Shown here: positions 1 through 10,206 of the stretch, piece after piece
Layout of the letters: each line of letters opens with the position of its first letter
How positions within the stretch are numbered: position 1 is the stretch's first letter
NCBI GenBank assembly: GCA_036381415.1
Contig: DASVCV010000005.1
Coordinates: forward strand, 1-60,984
DNA from: Patescibacteria group bacterium
GTDB taxonomy: Bacteria; Patescibacteriota; Microgenomatia; UBA8517
Reading direction: 5' to 3'
Length of the DNA: 60,984 nt
Notes under the pieces: model-generated
What the model saw: only the letters and a program-made list of their open reading frames with translations
What the model was told of the DNA's origin: nothing
The model's database searches: none
Translations under genes and position numbers: made by a program

Positions 1-2681
1 TTGGAGTTTTATTGCTTTTAGCACAAATTCTCTTCCCTCGAGGCCCCAGAGTGGCAAACGATTTTCCTCTTATCTCAAGTCAAGTTTTAAAAAGTAATTT
101 TTCTTTACCCTACATTTGGAGTGACAAAACTGCAGAGGGAATGGGGGAGTATGCTGGAGCTACACTTTGGTCATGGCCACTTAATTTTGTGTCTGGGATT
201 TTTGGAATTCTTAACTTTGGTTTTCCGACTATAGAACTTATATTTTTGATGGTTCCTTCCTTTGTAATCGCGGTTATTTCTGTGAGAAGGGTGTTGGATA
301 AATTTAAAATTGAAGAACCAGGCAAATCTATAGGGACCTTACTATATGTTACAACCACATATTTTTTGCTTTTAATTGATGGGGGGCAACTTTCTATTGC
401 TTTAACATATGCCTTTTTCCCCCTGGTATTTTTACTTTTTGTCAATTCTATTCATAGTTCTTTTAAGAAGAGAATAATTGCTGCTTTAGCAGTATCTGCA
501 CTTGGATTTTTAGATCTTAGGTTTGTATATCTGTTGGGAATTCTTATTTTTGTCCACTTTTTATACAACTTATTTTTAAGTGAAGATAGGAAAAAATTGT
601 TTTTTGGATACCTGTTTTCAGGATTCATAAGTGGAATAGTATTTGTATTACTCCATTTATATTGGATTTTACCTTTAGTATTTGTTAGGGATAACTTGCT
701 CCCTCCTTCATATGATGCTGGTATAAAAAGCTTTACTACTCTTTATCACTCTTTGGCACTTTTACAGCCGAATTGGTATGTAAATGTTTTTGGTAAAATT
801 TCTCCTTTGAGATTTGATTTTGTTTTAATTCCCATTTTAGTTTTTCTAGCGCCAATTTTGAAAAAGAAAGATAAAACGGTTGGATTTTGGCTTTTAGTTT
901 CGTTGATATCAATATTTTTAGCAAAAGGAACGGCACCGCCTTTTGGAGAAGTTTATGCGCTTATATATGCTAAAGTACCTGGTTTTAACTTGTTTAGAGA
1001 TTCAACCAAATTTTTCTTTTTGGTTGCACTTTCTTACTGTGTGCTATTGGCAATTGTAGTTAATCAGATATCAAAGAAAGTAAAAACAGCTCCTTTGTTT
1101 TTAATTTTCTACCTATTATTGTTGGTTTCTCCGGTTTACTTGGGTAAAATGACAGGAGTTTTTTCAAAGCCTGCATATCAAAGCGGTTACGAGAGTTTGA
1201 ACAGAGAATTGGAAAATGATTCACAGTTTGGTAGAGTTTTATGGATTCCTAGCAGGCCACCTTTAGGATATTCTGATCTAAATCATCCTTATGTGGAAGC
1301 ACTGAGAATGGTTATTGCAAGACCTTTTGCTATTGGAAGAGTGGGAGATTATGAATTATTTAATTTTTTAAGAGAGTCGCCATTTGTTGGACAAATCCTT
1401 AAAGTATCCTCTATTAGATATTTGGTTTATCCATACCCAGACACAAGAAGGGAAGATTTGAAGAAGGACAACATTGATTATTATCACTCATTTTTATCTC
1501 AGATATCAAAATTGCCGTGGGTAGAGGAGCTTCATAACTATGGAAGTGATTCTTTTCCCATTCCCCTATTAAAAGTTAAAGATAGCCAGGATCATTTATA
1601 TATATCTTCTAACTTGTTTGGAATTTTAGGGTCAGATGAAATTTATGAGAATTTGATGAAAGTTAAAGATTTTGATTTGTCTCGTAATGCATTAGTTTTC
1701 TTGGAGGAAAAGACGAATGCTAGCAAAAAATTTGCAGAGACTTTCGGAAGGATAGTTTTATATAACAAATCAGAGATAGATTTAAAGGGAAGTTTAGTAG
1801 ATTCTTCTTTATTACTTTTTCCTTCAAAAATATTAAATCTTGATCCGGACAGCTCTGGCTGGTGGAAAAGGGATGGACGGGATGTGTCAGCTTGGAGAAA
1901 CTTTATGCAGGATAAATATCAAATTGATAATTTGGATTTTGATTATGGTGGTGGTTGGGCGATAGCAGAAGGAAAGTTAAAGTTGAAATTAGACAAACTT
2001 AATATACAAAAGGGAGATATACTTCTTGCTCGTGTAATGAAGAGCAGCCGTGGAGGTAAGATAAATTTTATTGAGGGAGGTAAAAGTGTTGGAGTTTTAA
2101 GTACAAAAACTGATGGTACGCAAAAAATTAATATTAAACTATCTGGCTCTGTGGTACCCAAGTTTTTTACTTTTAATAGAGCCAGCTTTGATTGGGTTGA
2201 GGTTGGAAATTTAGATGAGGGTAAAGAAATTATTTTGGAGACTGAAGGGGATATTAATGTAGTTAATGCATTAGCAGTGATTCCAGCAAGTAAATGGAGT
2301 GAAATTGAAACTGAAGTTAAAAATTTAAGGAAAGAAGGGAAAATTTTAGAGTGGGATAAGATAAATAGCGGTAATTTAAGAGTTTTTGAAACTCCAAACA
2401 CAGTTAATCTTTCATACAAGGAAATAAATCCTACTCTCTATAAGATAAGTGTAAAGGGGATTACTAAGCCTGTTGTTATTGCTTTTTCTGAAACCTATGA
2501 TAATAATTGGCACCTTAATAATAGTGAAGGGTTATCACTTTATAGCCTTATAAACGGTTTTGAGGTAGAAAAAGATGGAGATTATATTTTGGAGTTTGCT
2601 CCTCAGAAGTATGTTGATGTTGGGCTAATTGGAACTTTGATGGGAATTTTGCTTGTAATATTGATATTGATTTTGTGTTGA
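1..2681 (+). CDS. Large polytopic membrane protein, AftD/YfhO-like GT-C glycosyltransferase candidate (5' end probably outside window)
   Basis: ORF track 12..2681 starts at a TTG and the frame stays open back to nt 3. Many hydrophobic helices in the N-terminal ~400 aa, then a large soluble domain and one C-terminal TM (LIGTLMGILLVILILILC). Architecture and the N-terminal W..G.G..P pattern resemble DUF3367/AftD- or YfhO-type GT-C enzymes; function is by resemblance only. Confidence 0.5.
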   Translation, partial: GVLLLLAQILFPRGPRVANDFPLISSQVLKSNFSLPYIWSDKTAEGMGEYAGATLWSWPLNFVSGIFGILNFGFPTIELIFLMVPSFVIAVISVRRVLDKFKIEEPGKSIGTLLYVTTTYFLLLIDGGQLSIALTYAFFPLVFLLFVNSIHSSFKKRIIAALAVSALGFLDLRFVYLLGILIFVHFLYNLFLSEDRKKLFFGYLFSGFISGIVFVLLHLYWILPLVFVRDNLLPPSYDAGIKSFTTLYHSLALLQPNWYVNVFGKISPLRFDFVLIPILVFLAPILKKKDKTVGFWLLVSLISIFLAKGTAPPFGEVYALIYAKVPGFNLFRDSTKFFFLVALSYCVLLAIVVNQISKKVKTAPLFLIFYLLLLVSPVYLGKMTGVFSKPAYQSGYESLNRELENDSQFGRVLWIPSRPPLGYSDLNHPYVEALRMVIARPFAIGRVGDYELFNFLRESPFVGQILKVSSIRYLVYPYPDTRREDLKKDNIDYYHSFLSQISKLPWVEELHNYGSDSFPIPLLKVKDSQDHLYISSNLFGILGSDEIYENLMKVKDFDLSRNALVFLEEKTNASKKFAETFGRIVLYNKSEIDLKGSLVDSSLLLFPSKILNLDPDSSGWWKRDGRDVSAWRNFMQDKYQIDNLDFDYGGGWAIAEGKLKLKLDKLNIQKGDILLARVMKSSRGGKINFIEGGKSVGVLSTKTDGTQKINIKLSGSVVPKFFTFNRASFDWVEVGNLDEGKEIILETEGDINVVNALAVIPASKWSEIETEVKNLRKEGKILEWDKINSGNLRVFETPNTVNLSYKEINPTLYKISVKGITKPVVIAFSETYDNNWHLNNSEGLSLYSLINGFEVEKDGDYILEFAPQKYVDVGLIGTLMGILLVILILILC

Positions 2682-2719
2682 ATCTGGTATTACAATGGTT
2701 GGGCTTAGAAATAGAATAA

Positions 2720-3478
2720 ATGACGAAAAAAATTGCTGTTTTAGGTGCTGGGGAAATAGGATCTTCTATTAAGAAGATAGCTGAAGTAGTTGGCTATAAG
2801 GTTTTTGTTAGAGAACTAAAGTATGATGAGATTAACGGTGAAGGCGTGGAAGCTCTTCATGTTTGTATTCCTTATAAAGGTGAACAGTTTATAGATTTTG
2901 TATCTAAGGCTGTAAAAGACTCAAAGGCAAAAATAGTTATAATTCATGGAACAGTTCCTCCTGGTATTACAAATAAGCTTGCTAAAAGAATTAAAATTCC
3001 TACTGCAAACTCTCCTGTAAGAGGAAACCATCCTGATTTGTACAAATCTATAAAGAGTGAGTTTGTAAAATATGTTGGAGGGGTAGATAAGAAGTCAACA
3101 AGACTGGCAATTAAACATTTGAGAGATTTAGGTATAAAGCATGTAGAAGACGGAGGATCTGCAATTAATACTGAACTAGGCAAGATGGTTAACATTTTAG
3201 GGTATGCATGGTCAATAATATTTTGTAAATGGGTAGATCAAATGTGTAAGGATTATAAAGCAGACTTTGATGTTGTTTATACCAAATTTACTGAAAGTTA
3301 TAATGACGGATATAAAAAAACTAGACCTAATGTGCATCAGCCAATTTTGAAACCTGTAAAAGGACCAATTGGAGGACATTGTGTAATTGCCGATACTATT
3401 CTTTTAGAGCAAGTTTATAAGAGTTCAATTGGTAAATTTATTCTTCAAAAAGATAAGGAATATAAGAAGGAAGTTTAG
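2720..3478 (+). CDS. Short NAD-binding nucleotide-sugar dehydrogenase-like protein
   Basis: N-terminal Rossmann motif KIAVLGAGEIGSS. GGHCV near the C-terminus resembles the catalytic-Cys motif GGSC of UDP-glucose/GDP-mannose dehydrogenases. At 252 aa it lacks the usual C-terminal domain. Confidence 0.45.
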   Translation: MTKKIAVLGAGEIGSSIKKIAEVVGYKVFVRELKYDEINGEGVEALHVCIPYKGEQFIDFVSKAVKDSKAKIVIIHGTVPPGITNKLAKRIKIPTANSPVRGNHPDLYKSIKSEFVKYVGGVDKKSTRLAIKHLRDLGIKHVEDGGSAINTELGKMVNILGYAWSIIFCKWVDQMCKDYKADFDVVYTKFTESYNDGYKKTRPNVHQPILKPVKGPIGGHCVIADTILLEQVYKSSIGKFILQKDKEYKKEV

Positions 3479-3490
3479 CCTTAGGTTTAG

Positions 3491-3496
3491 TATAAT
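3491..3496 (+). promoter_or_regulatory. -10 box TATAAT 7 nt upstream of ATG 3504 (possible internal promoter, leaderless flippase mRNA)
   Basis: TATAAT at 3491-3496, then ctaagga, then ATG. Confidence 0.35.
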
Positions 3497-3503
3497 CTAA
3501 GGA

Positions 3504-4778
3504 ATGAGCAGATTAAAAAATATTTTTGGGACTGCTACTTTTAGACAATCTAGCTTAGTTTCTTCAGCAACGATTATAAATGGTATTTTAGGACTTGCCT
3601 TTTATATAACAACTGCAAGATTTTTAGGTCCATCCTTGTTTGGAGTTTTAGGTCTTGGTATTGCAATAGCAACAGCAGTATCTGATATTTCTGATTTTGG
3701 AATAAATGCTGGAATAGTTAGATTTGTTGGAAAGTATTCAAATAAACCATTAGTTGCGAATAAGTATTTAAAAATTTCATTGAAGATAAAAGGCGTTGTT
3801 GCGTTTAGTGTCTTGATTTTGGGATTTATAATAGCTCCCTTTTTGGCAACAAATATTTTTGGAAAGCCTGAATTATTATTACCAATTGAAATTGCCTTTG
3901 TTGGAGTTGGATTTACTCTTTTATATGGGTTTACAACTTCTGCACTTCAAGCCTTACAAAAATTTAAGGAGTGGAGTGTAATTCAAATAGGAACTAATTT
4001 ATTAAGATTGGTTCTAATTTTTCTTCTTTTTTCAGCAGGTGCACTGGGCCTAGTGAATTCAATGTTAATTTATATTTTAATGCCTTTGGCGGGTTTTGTA
4101 TTCGGACTTTTGCTTTTAAGAGAAAGGTTTTGGGAAGCAAAGGGAGAAAAGGGAAAACTAAAAGAACTTATTCATTTTAACAAGTGGGTGGCTGCTTTTA
4201 TTTTTGTATCTGCAATTTCTTCTAGGCTTGACACTTTTATATCAGCAAGATTACTTACTTCTGATGGTTTAGGAATTTATTCTGCTGCAACCCAGCTTAC
4301 TCAGATTGTTCCTCAAATTGCAGGAGCTTTGGGTACTGTAATTGCTCCTAAGATGGCTAGTATGACAGATATAAATAAACTGGCTAAATATTATAAAAAA
4401 GTTCAGGTAATGGTAGTTGGAATTGCTGGACTTGGGCTAATTGGAATCCCAATTGCTAGTTTTGTTATTCCCTATTTGTATGGAAACAAATATGAGGGAG
4501 CAATTCTAATTTTTGTCCTTCTATTTATTGCTAGTTTGATATTTTTGATTTCAATACCAATTCATAACGCAATAATTTACTATTTTTCATATCCTAAGCT
4601 TTTCTTGTGGTTATCAATTGGACACTTTTTAATAATATTTTTTGTTGGGTGGAATCTAATATCAACTTATGGGGCAATAGGGGCTGCCTTTTCTGTACTT
4701 ATTGGATCGTTGTTCAATTTTGTTGTTCCACTGGGGTGGCTAGTAAATAAAATTTACCGTAATGAAGAAAAAAAATAA
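3504..4778 (+). CDS. Wzx-type oligo/polysaccharide flippase (MOP superfamily)
   Basis: 424 aa and hydrophobic throughout, with roughly 12-14 helices. Length and N-terminal pattern are typical of polysaccharide flippases, and it lies in a glycosyltransferase cluster. Confidence 0.65.
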   Translation: MSRLKNIFGTATFRQSSLVSSATIINGILGLAFYITTARFLGPSLFGVLGLGIAIATAVSDISDFGINAGIVRFVGKYSNKPLVANKYLKISLKIKGVVAFSVLILGFIIAPFLATNIFGKPELLLPIEIAFVGVGFTLLYGFTTSALQALQKFKEWSVIQIGTNLLRLVLIFLLFSAGALGLVNSMLIYILMPLAGFVFGLLLLRERFWEAKGEKGKLKELIHFNKWVAAFIFVSAISSRLDTFISARLLTSDGLGIYSAATQLTQIVPQIAGALGTVIAPKMASMTDINKLAKYYKKVQVMVVGIAGLGLIGIPIASFVIPYLYGNKYEGAILIFVLLFIASLIFLISIPIHNAIIYYFSYPKLFLWLSIGHFLIIFFVGWNLISTYGAIGAAFSVLIGSLFNFVVPLGWLVNKIYRNEEKK

Positions 4779-5466
4779 AGTAATTGTAGTAATGCCGGCT
4801 TACAATGCTGAAAAAACACTAAAGAAAACTTTTGCAGACATTCCTAAAAAAATTGTGGGTGAAATAATTCTAGTTGATGATGGGAGTCATGATAGAACAG
4901 TGGAGGCTGCAAGAAAGCTGAAGATAAAAACGTTTGTACATCCTCAAAACAGAGGATATGGAGGCAACCAAAAAACCTGCTATACGCTTGCTTTAAATGA
5001 TGGAGCAACAATAGTTGTTATGATTCATCCTGACTACCAATATGACAGTACTCTCACTTACGAGCTTATAAATCCAATACTAGAGGGACGGTTTGATATT
5101 ATGCTTGGATCAAGGATAAGAACTAGGAAAGAAGTTTTGAAAGGAGGGATGCCTGCTTATAAATATTTTGCTAATAGATTTTTGACAATTGTAGAAAATA
5201 TTGTTTTGGGACTGAATTTGTCAGAATATCATACAGGATTTAGGGCATTTGATAGCAGAGTACTAAAAACTCTTCCATTTCATAAATTCTCAGATGATTT
5301 TGTTTTTGATCAGCAGATTTTAATTGCAGCCAGCAAAAAAGGTTTTAGGATAGGAGAAACTCCTGTTCCTGTAAGATATTTTTCTGATTCATCCTCAATT
5401 AATTTCTTAAGGTCGTTTAAGTATGGATTAGAAACTTTAATTTCTTTGGCAACATTGGGTATATGA
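4762..5466 (+). CDS. GT2 glycosyltransferase, polyprenyl-phosphate sugar synthase (DPM1/GtrB/ArnC)-like
   Basis: VIVVMPAYNAEKTL ... LVDDGSHDRT ... HPDYQYD, i.e. GT-A fold motifs with a DxD-like element. Confidence 0.7.
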   Translation: MKKKNKVIVVMPAYNAEKTLKKTFADIPKKIVGEIILVDDGSHDRTVEAARKLKIKTFVHPQNRGYGGNQKTCYTLALNDGATIVVMIHPDYQYDSTLTYELINPILEGRFDIMLGSRIRTRKEVLKGGMPAYKYFANRFLTIVENIVLGLNLSEYHTGFRAFDSRVLKTLPFHKFSDDFVFDQQILIAASKKGFRIGETPVPVRYFSDSSSINFLRSFKYGLETLISLATLGI

Positions 5467-6287
5467 CAATTTCCACTCACACAATAGTTTGTAATGAAGA
5501 AAGATATATTTGGTACTCACTTATGAGTGTAGCTAACTATGTTGAGAAACTTATTGTTTGGGATACAGGAAGTACTGATTCAACAGTTGAGATTATTAAA
5601 GAGGTAGAGAAAAAACTAGGTGATAAGCTTGAATTTAGACAATTGGGAAAGGTTGGACCGAGTGAGCTGACCGAACTTAGGCAAAAGATGTTGGCGGCAA
5701 CTAAATCTGATTGGTTTATCATTCTCGATGGGGATGAGGTTTGGTGGGACTCTTCAATTAGAAAGCTTGTAAAAACTATTAATAGAGATGGAGAGAAACT
5801 AAACTGCCTAGTTTCTCCGTACTACAACTTAATTGGAGACATATATCATTACCAGGAGGATTCTATAAGTAAATATGTAATAGATGGGAGGAAAGGGTTT
5901 TTAAACATAAGGGCTGTGAATACAAAAATCCCGGGACTTAACGTAGTTAATCCATATCCAAAAGAAGCCTATGTTAATGAAAATGGAATATTTCTTCAGG
6001 AAATGCCTAAGAAGGAAAGGAAGTTAGTGGAGGCAAAGTATTTACATTTTACACACCTACTTCGATCTGGAAATGTTTCTAAAAATAGTGAGGCAACTTT
6101 AAGGGGAAAGAAATACAAATATGAAATAGGTAATGAGTTTCCACTAGACTTCTATTATCCTGAAGTTTTTTTTAGAGAACGGCCTAATAACGTAAATTCA
6201 GTTTGGGAGATAAATGATGCAGGCTATTATTTGAGAGCAAATGTGGAGACTGCACTTAGAAAACTAAAGAGGAAATTTATGAAATGA
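5463..6287 (+). CDS. GT2-like glycosyltransferase
   Basis: VCNEERYI ... WDTGSTDST ... ILDGDE. Paralogous pattern to ORF 10203..10946. 4-nt ATGA overlap with the upstream gene. Confidence 0.55.
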   Translation: MTISTHTIVCNEERYIWYSLMSVANYVEKLIVWDTGSTDSTVEIIKEVEKKLGDKLEFRQLGKVGPSELTELRQKMLAATKSDWFIILDGDEVWWDSSIRKLVKTINRDGEKLNCLVSPYYNLIGDIYHYQEDSISKYVIDGRKGFLNIRAVNTKIPGLNVVNPYPKEAYVNENGIFLQEMPKKERKLVEAKYLHFTHLLRSGNVSKNSEATLRGKKYKYEIGNEFPLDFYYPEVFFRERPNNVNSVWEINDAGYYLRANVETALRKLKRKFMK

Positions 6288-7087
6288 GGCAGAATGGGGA
6301 TGCAAAAAAAAGAATGGAGAGGGAAGTCTGGGGAAGTAAAAGGTATTACGACATCCTTCATAAAGAAAATCTTAAAAATAAACATAAGTCAGAGTTAATT
6401 CTAAAAGAGTATGCAAAAAAAGCTTACACAATTTTAGATTTGGGATGCGGGGAAGGATCTAGGCTAAACATATTGTGTGGCAAGAAACAGAAAGGAGTTG
6501 GGATTGATATAAGCCCACTTGCTATTAAACTTGCAAAAAAGAATTATCCTTATCTTAAGTTTTTAAAAAGTGATTTAGAAAATATACCACTTGAGAGCAG
6601 TTTGTTTGATTTTGTTTACGCAGCTTATGTTATTGAGCACTTAACTAGTCCTGAGAAAGTAATTAGTGAGGCAATAAGAGTAGCTAAACCAGGAGGAAAG
6701 ATACTTTTTGTGTCTCCTAATTTTGGTTCTCCAAATAGGGCATCTCCTCCATTTAAAGGATCAAGAATTAGAAAGCTTGTGAGAGGATTTTTTAATGACT
6801 TTTTCCTTAAGGAAAGTAATCTTAACTGGTTAAGAGTAGAACCAATTGCAGGTAAAGATAAATATGAGTCTGACTGGGATACCATTTCTGAACCATATCT
6901 TGGAAGCTTAATTAGATTTATGAAGTCTAATGGATGCAAAGTACTATTTAAAGATTCTTTGTGGGAGGAAGAACTGAAAGAAGCAAAACTTACGCAGAAG
7001 ATTTTTAGGTATTTAGGAGAAAGAGGATTTTACCCATTTTCATTATGGGGACCTCAGCTTATTATTGTTTGTCAGAAGGAAAAATAA
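6284..7087 (+). CDS. Class I SAM-dependent methyltransferase
   Basis: Motif I ILDLGCGEGS, with acidic post-I and later motifs (VYAAYVIEHL, KPGGKILF). Confidence 0.75.
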   Translation: MRQNGDAKKRMEREVWGSKRYYDILHKENLKNKHKSELILKEYAKKAYTILDLGCGEGSRLNILCGKKQKGVGIDISPLAIKLAKKNYPYLKFLKSDLENIPLESSLFDFVYAAYVIEHLTSPEKVISEAIRVAKPGGKILFVSPNFGSPNRASPPFKGSRIRKLVRGFFNDFFLKESNLNWLRVEPIAGKDKYESDWDTISEPYLGSLIRFMKSNGCKVLFKDSLWEEELKEAKLTQKIFRYLGERGFYPFSLWGPQLIIVCQKEK

Positions 7088-7770
7088 TGGATAAAGTTGG
7101 AAAGAAAACATTAGAAGTGATGAGCGAAGCCCATTTTTACAATAAGTGGCTTTTTAAACAGATATCTTATTGGGTAAAAGGAGATATTTTGGAAGTTGGA
7201 GCAGGGATAGGTAATTTTACTGAATTATTAAAAAATAAAGGAAAAGTGACAGCGCTCGACCTTAATCCAGACTATATAAAGATTTTAAAAAAGAACTTAC
7301 AAGGAAGAGCTGGATTTGGGGATATAGAAAAAGGAAAGTATTTTTTTAAAAACAGAAAGTTTGACACTATAATCTGTATGAATGTGCTTGAACACACTAA
7401 AGATGATGAGGAAGCTTTAAGAAACATGTTTAATCTTTCAAAAAAAGGAGGAAGACTTATACTATTAGTCCCTGCGTGCTCTTTTGCGTATAGCGGTATG
7501 GATGAGGATTTGGGACATTGGAGAAGATATAACAAAAAAGAAGCGGAAGTTAAGTTGAGAAAGGCAGGATTTAGGATAGAAAGAAGCTTTTATTTAAATG
7601 TTTTTGGACTTTTTGGCTGGTGGTTTAATGGAAAAGTATTAGGTAAGAGAAATATACATTCTGGGCAGCTTAAAATTTTTGATACAATTGCACAACCAAT
7701 TTTAAAGCTTGAAGAAATAATTCGTCCTCCATTTGGTCTTTCAGTGGTAACAGTTGGAATAAAGAAATGA
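7087..7770 (+). CDS. Class I SAM-dependent methyltransferase
   Basis: ILEVGAGIGNF motif I, CMNVLEH, KKGGRLILLVP. Start moved to ATG 7087 (TAATG overlap with the upstream stop) rather than track start 7045, which overlaps the previous gene by 43 nt. Confidence 0.75.
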   Translation: MDKVGKKTLEVMSEAHFYNKWLFKQISYWVKGDILEVGAGIGNFTELLKNKGKVTALDLNPDYIKILKKNLQGRAGFGDIEKGKYFFKNRKFDTIICMNVLEHTKDDEEALRNMFNLSKKGGRLILLVPACSFAYSGMDEDLGHWRRYNKKEAEVKLRKAGFRIERSFYLNVFGLFGWWFNGKVLGKRNIHSGQLKIFDTIAQPILKLEEIIRPPFGLSVVTVGIKK

Positions 7771-8492
7771 AAAAGAATAGAAAAAAGTTGCTACTATCTA
7801 TAATAATTCCTGCATATAACGAAGAGAAAACAATTGCTCAAATTATTAAAAAAGTTAAGAAAGCCAAAGTTCATAAAGATATAAGAAAAGAAATTATTGT
7901 AATTGACGATGCGTCTTACGATAAAACACACTCACTTCTTCAAAAGACAAAAGGTATAAAAGTATTAAAACATAAAGAAAATATGGGTAAAGGGGCTGCC
8001 GTAAGAACTGGATTAGAAGAGGCAAAAGGAGACTTAATAATAGTACAGGATGCGGATCTAGAATATGACCCGAATGATTATGCGAGGCTTATGGAACCTA
8101 TAATGAAGAAAAAAACGAAAGTAGTATATGGTAGCAGATTGAGAAATTATCCTATTAGGATAGTTGGTACAAGCAGAACTCCTCTTTTGGCACATTATCT
8201 AGGAAATAAATTTTTGACTCTTTTTACAAACTTCTTATATGGAGGCGAAATTACAGATATGGAAACATGCTACAAGGTTTTTCATAAAGAGGTGGTTGAT
8301 GGATTGGTTCTTAATGCGCAGAGATTTGATTTTGAGCCAGAGATAACTGCTAAAATTTTAAAAAGAGGCTACAAAATTTATGAAGTGCCGATTAATGTTA
8401 AGCCAAGAGGGTACAATGAAGGTAAGAAGATAGGTTGGAAAGATGGATTTGGAGCAGTATACACATTGGTTAAATACCGCTTTTTAGATTAG
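7767..8492 (+). CDS. GT2 glycosyltransferase, polyprenyl-phosphate sugar synthase (GtrB/DPM1)-like
   Basis: LSIIIPAYNEEKTI ... VIDDASYDKT ... VQDADLEYDP. ATGA overlap with the upstream gene. Confidence 0.7.
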   Translation: MKKNRKKLLLSIIIPAYNEEKTIAQIIKKVKKAKVHKDIRKEIIVIDDASYDKTHSLLQKTKGIKVLKHKENMGKGAAVRTGLEEAKGDLIIVQDADLEYDPNDYARLMEPIMKKKTKVVYGSRLRNYPIRIVGTSRTPLLAHYLGNKFLTLFTNFLYGGEITDMETCYKVFHKEVVDGLVLNAQRFDFEPEITAKILKRGYKIYEVPINVKPRGYNEGKKIGWKDGFGAVYTLVKYRFLD

Positions 8493-8503
8493 ATATTAAG
8501 GAT

Positions 8504-9436
8504 ATGAAAATAGCAATATTAAGTTTCTACAGTGGGTTAGCTGATCGTGGAGTTGAGACATGGGCCCAGTCAGTTAAAGAAAAAGTAAAGAGTTACGATA
8601 TACAAATTTTAGGTGGAGAGAAATATGAGAATAATATTGATTTGGATAATAAACATTATATATATTGGCAATTTTTGATATTGAGACACGCCATATCAAC
8701 TCTTTTGGTGTGGATCAGGTATGATATTGTTGTTCCCACTAATGGGACCGTGCAAACTTTGATTTGTAGAGTTGTAACTTTCTTTTATGGTAAGAAAATG
8801 ATTGTTTTTGGACATTCGGGACCTGGAGCGGATGATAAATTTAATTTACTTTGCAGCCCTAATGTGTTTGTTGCATTTTCTTCCTCCCAGGCAGATTGGG
8901 TAAATAAATATAAGTTACCTTGGACAAAGGTTGTTGTGATTCCACATGCAGTGGACACGTCTTTTTTTAAACCAGCAAAAAGGAAAGTGGAGGAAAATGT
9001 TGTTTTGTGTGTTGCTGCGAATATTCCTGACAAACGAGTTGGTTTGGTAAGAGAGGCAGTGGAGAGAATCACAGATGCAAGATTTATGGCTGTAGGGAGT
9101 GGAAATAAATTTAGATATCCTCACAGTAAAATGCCTGAAGTTTACCAGAGGGCTAAAGTATTTTGTTTTGTGCCTAAATCTCACGAGGCTTTTGGCTTGG
9201 TTTTTTTGGAAGCTATGGCAAGCAATCTTCCTATTGTTACGATAGATGATCCAGTAAGGAGAGAAATTGTTGGGGAGGCAGGAGTTTTTGTTGCTGATCC
9301 TCAAAATGTGATAAAACTAGTTGAGGGGATTAAATTTGCCTTAAAAAGAAATTGGGGAAATATACCAAGAAGGCAAGCAGAGTGGTTTAGCTGGGTGAAT
9401 GTATCAAGTAAGTATGAGGAACTTTTTAAAAGTTAA
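8504..9436 (+). CDS. GT-B glycosyltransferase (GT4-like)
   Basis: C-terminal EAFGLVFLEAMASNLPIV, the E-x7-E type GT4 signature. Confidence 0.65.
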   Translation: MKIAILSFYSGLADRGVETWAQSVKEKVKSYDIQILGGEKYENNIDLDNKHYIYWQFLILRHAISTLLVWIRYDIVVPTNGTVQTLICRVVTFFYGKKMIVFGHSGPGADDKFNLLCSPNVFVAFSSSQADWVNKYKLPWTKVVVIPHAVDTSFFKPAKRKVEENVVLCVAANIPDKRVGLVREAVERITDARFMAVGSGNKFRYPHSKMPEVYQRAKVFCFVPKSHEAFGLVFLEAMASNLPIVTIDDPVRREIVGEAGVFVADPQNVIKLVEGIKFALKRNWGNIPRRQAEWFSWVNVSSKYEELFKS

Positions 9437-9441
9437 AATAT

Positions 9442-10206
9442 ATGAGTGACTTGGATTTGGCTAATTTTTATTCTCAGGAGAAAAGACTTTCTTACAATCC
9501 GATAAATTCAATCGTTTTAAAAAGAGCGGGTTTAAGGAAATTGATTGCTTTTGATGATAGATTTGATTGCGTATCTTATTTATTGAATAAAATTATTAAG
9601 GAAAGTAGAAAAGAAAAATTAAGAATGCTAGATATTGGGGTTGGGGATGCAGTTTATGAGAGCATGGTTGAGGAGGACTTACTTAGCAAGGTTGATGTTG
9701 CTGGTGTTGATATATCGAAAGAACAGTTAAAAAGGGCAAAGAAATATTTAAAAGTTGCCAAAGTGGTCAATTTGGATAGCCAGAAATTACCTTTTAAAAA
9801 GAATTCATTTGATATTGTTTTAGTGTCTGAAGTTTTAGAACATGTTTTTTATCCTGATAAAGTATTTAAAGAAGGATTAAGAGTTTTGGCTAAAGGGGGC
9901 TATTTTGTTTTGACATATCCAAATAGTGGGGCACTTCAAATTAGATTGTCTCTTCTTTTTTCTGGTTTTTCTCCTCTTCTTAATTTTTCAAAGAATAAAG
10001 AACATATTAGATTTTTTAATAAGACTGATATTTTGTCATTTTTGTCAAAGGATACCAAGATTGTGTATTATCAGGGCTTAGGATCATTTTTGTTCGCTGA
10101 TTGGAATTTTGATAGAAAGATCTTTATGCCTCGCTTCTTGGAAATAATTGGTAACAAATACTTACCTCAGCTAGCTTTGGGAAATTTGTTAGTATTTAGA
10201 AAATGA
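9442..10206 (+). CDS. Class I SAM-dependent methyltransferase
   Basis: MLDIGVGDA motif I, VLVSEVLEHV, AKGGYFVLTYP. Confidence 0.7.
   Translation: MSDLDLANFYSQEKRLSYNPINSIVLKRAGLRKLIAFDDRFDCVSYLLNKIIKESRKEKLRMLDIGVGDAVYESMVEEDLLSKVDVAGVDISKEQLKRAKKYLKVAKVVNLDSQKLPFKKNSFDIVLVSEVLEHVFYPDKVFKEGLRVLAKGGYFVLTYPNSGALQIRLSLLFSGFSPLLNFSKNKEHIRFFNKTDILSFLSKDTKIVYYQGLGSFLFADWNFDRKIFMPRFLEIIGNKYLPQLALGNLLVFRK

Noticed and set aside
2682-2719. Promoter for the glycan operon in the 38-nt gap before ORF 2720 (TACAAT 2691-96, TAGAAT 2712-17)
   Set aside because: The spacing to the ATG (23 nt, or 2 nt) fits neither the leaderless pattern nor an SD-containing leader. The upstream gene is co-directional, so read-through is equally likely.
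7045-7086. Upstream extensions of track ORFs: 7045, 17161, 46229, 40993, 36127, 31846, 28937 and 59666.
   Set aside because: Each extension overlaps the preceding gene or an intergenic promoter. Each is followed by an in-frame start with better context (stop/start coupling, an SD, or a -10 box at 6-8 nt). Shorter starts were used.
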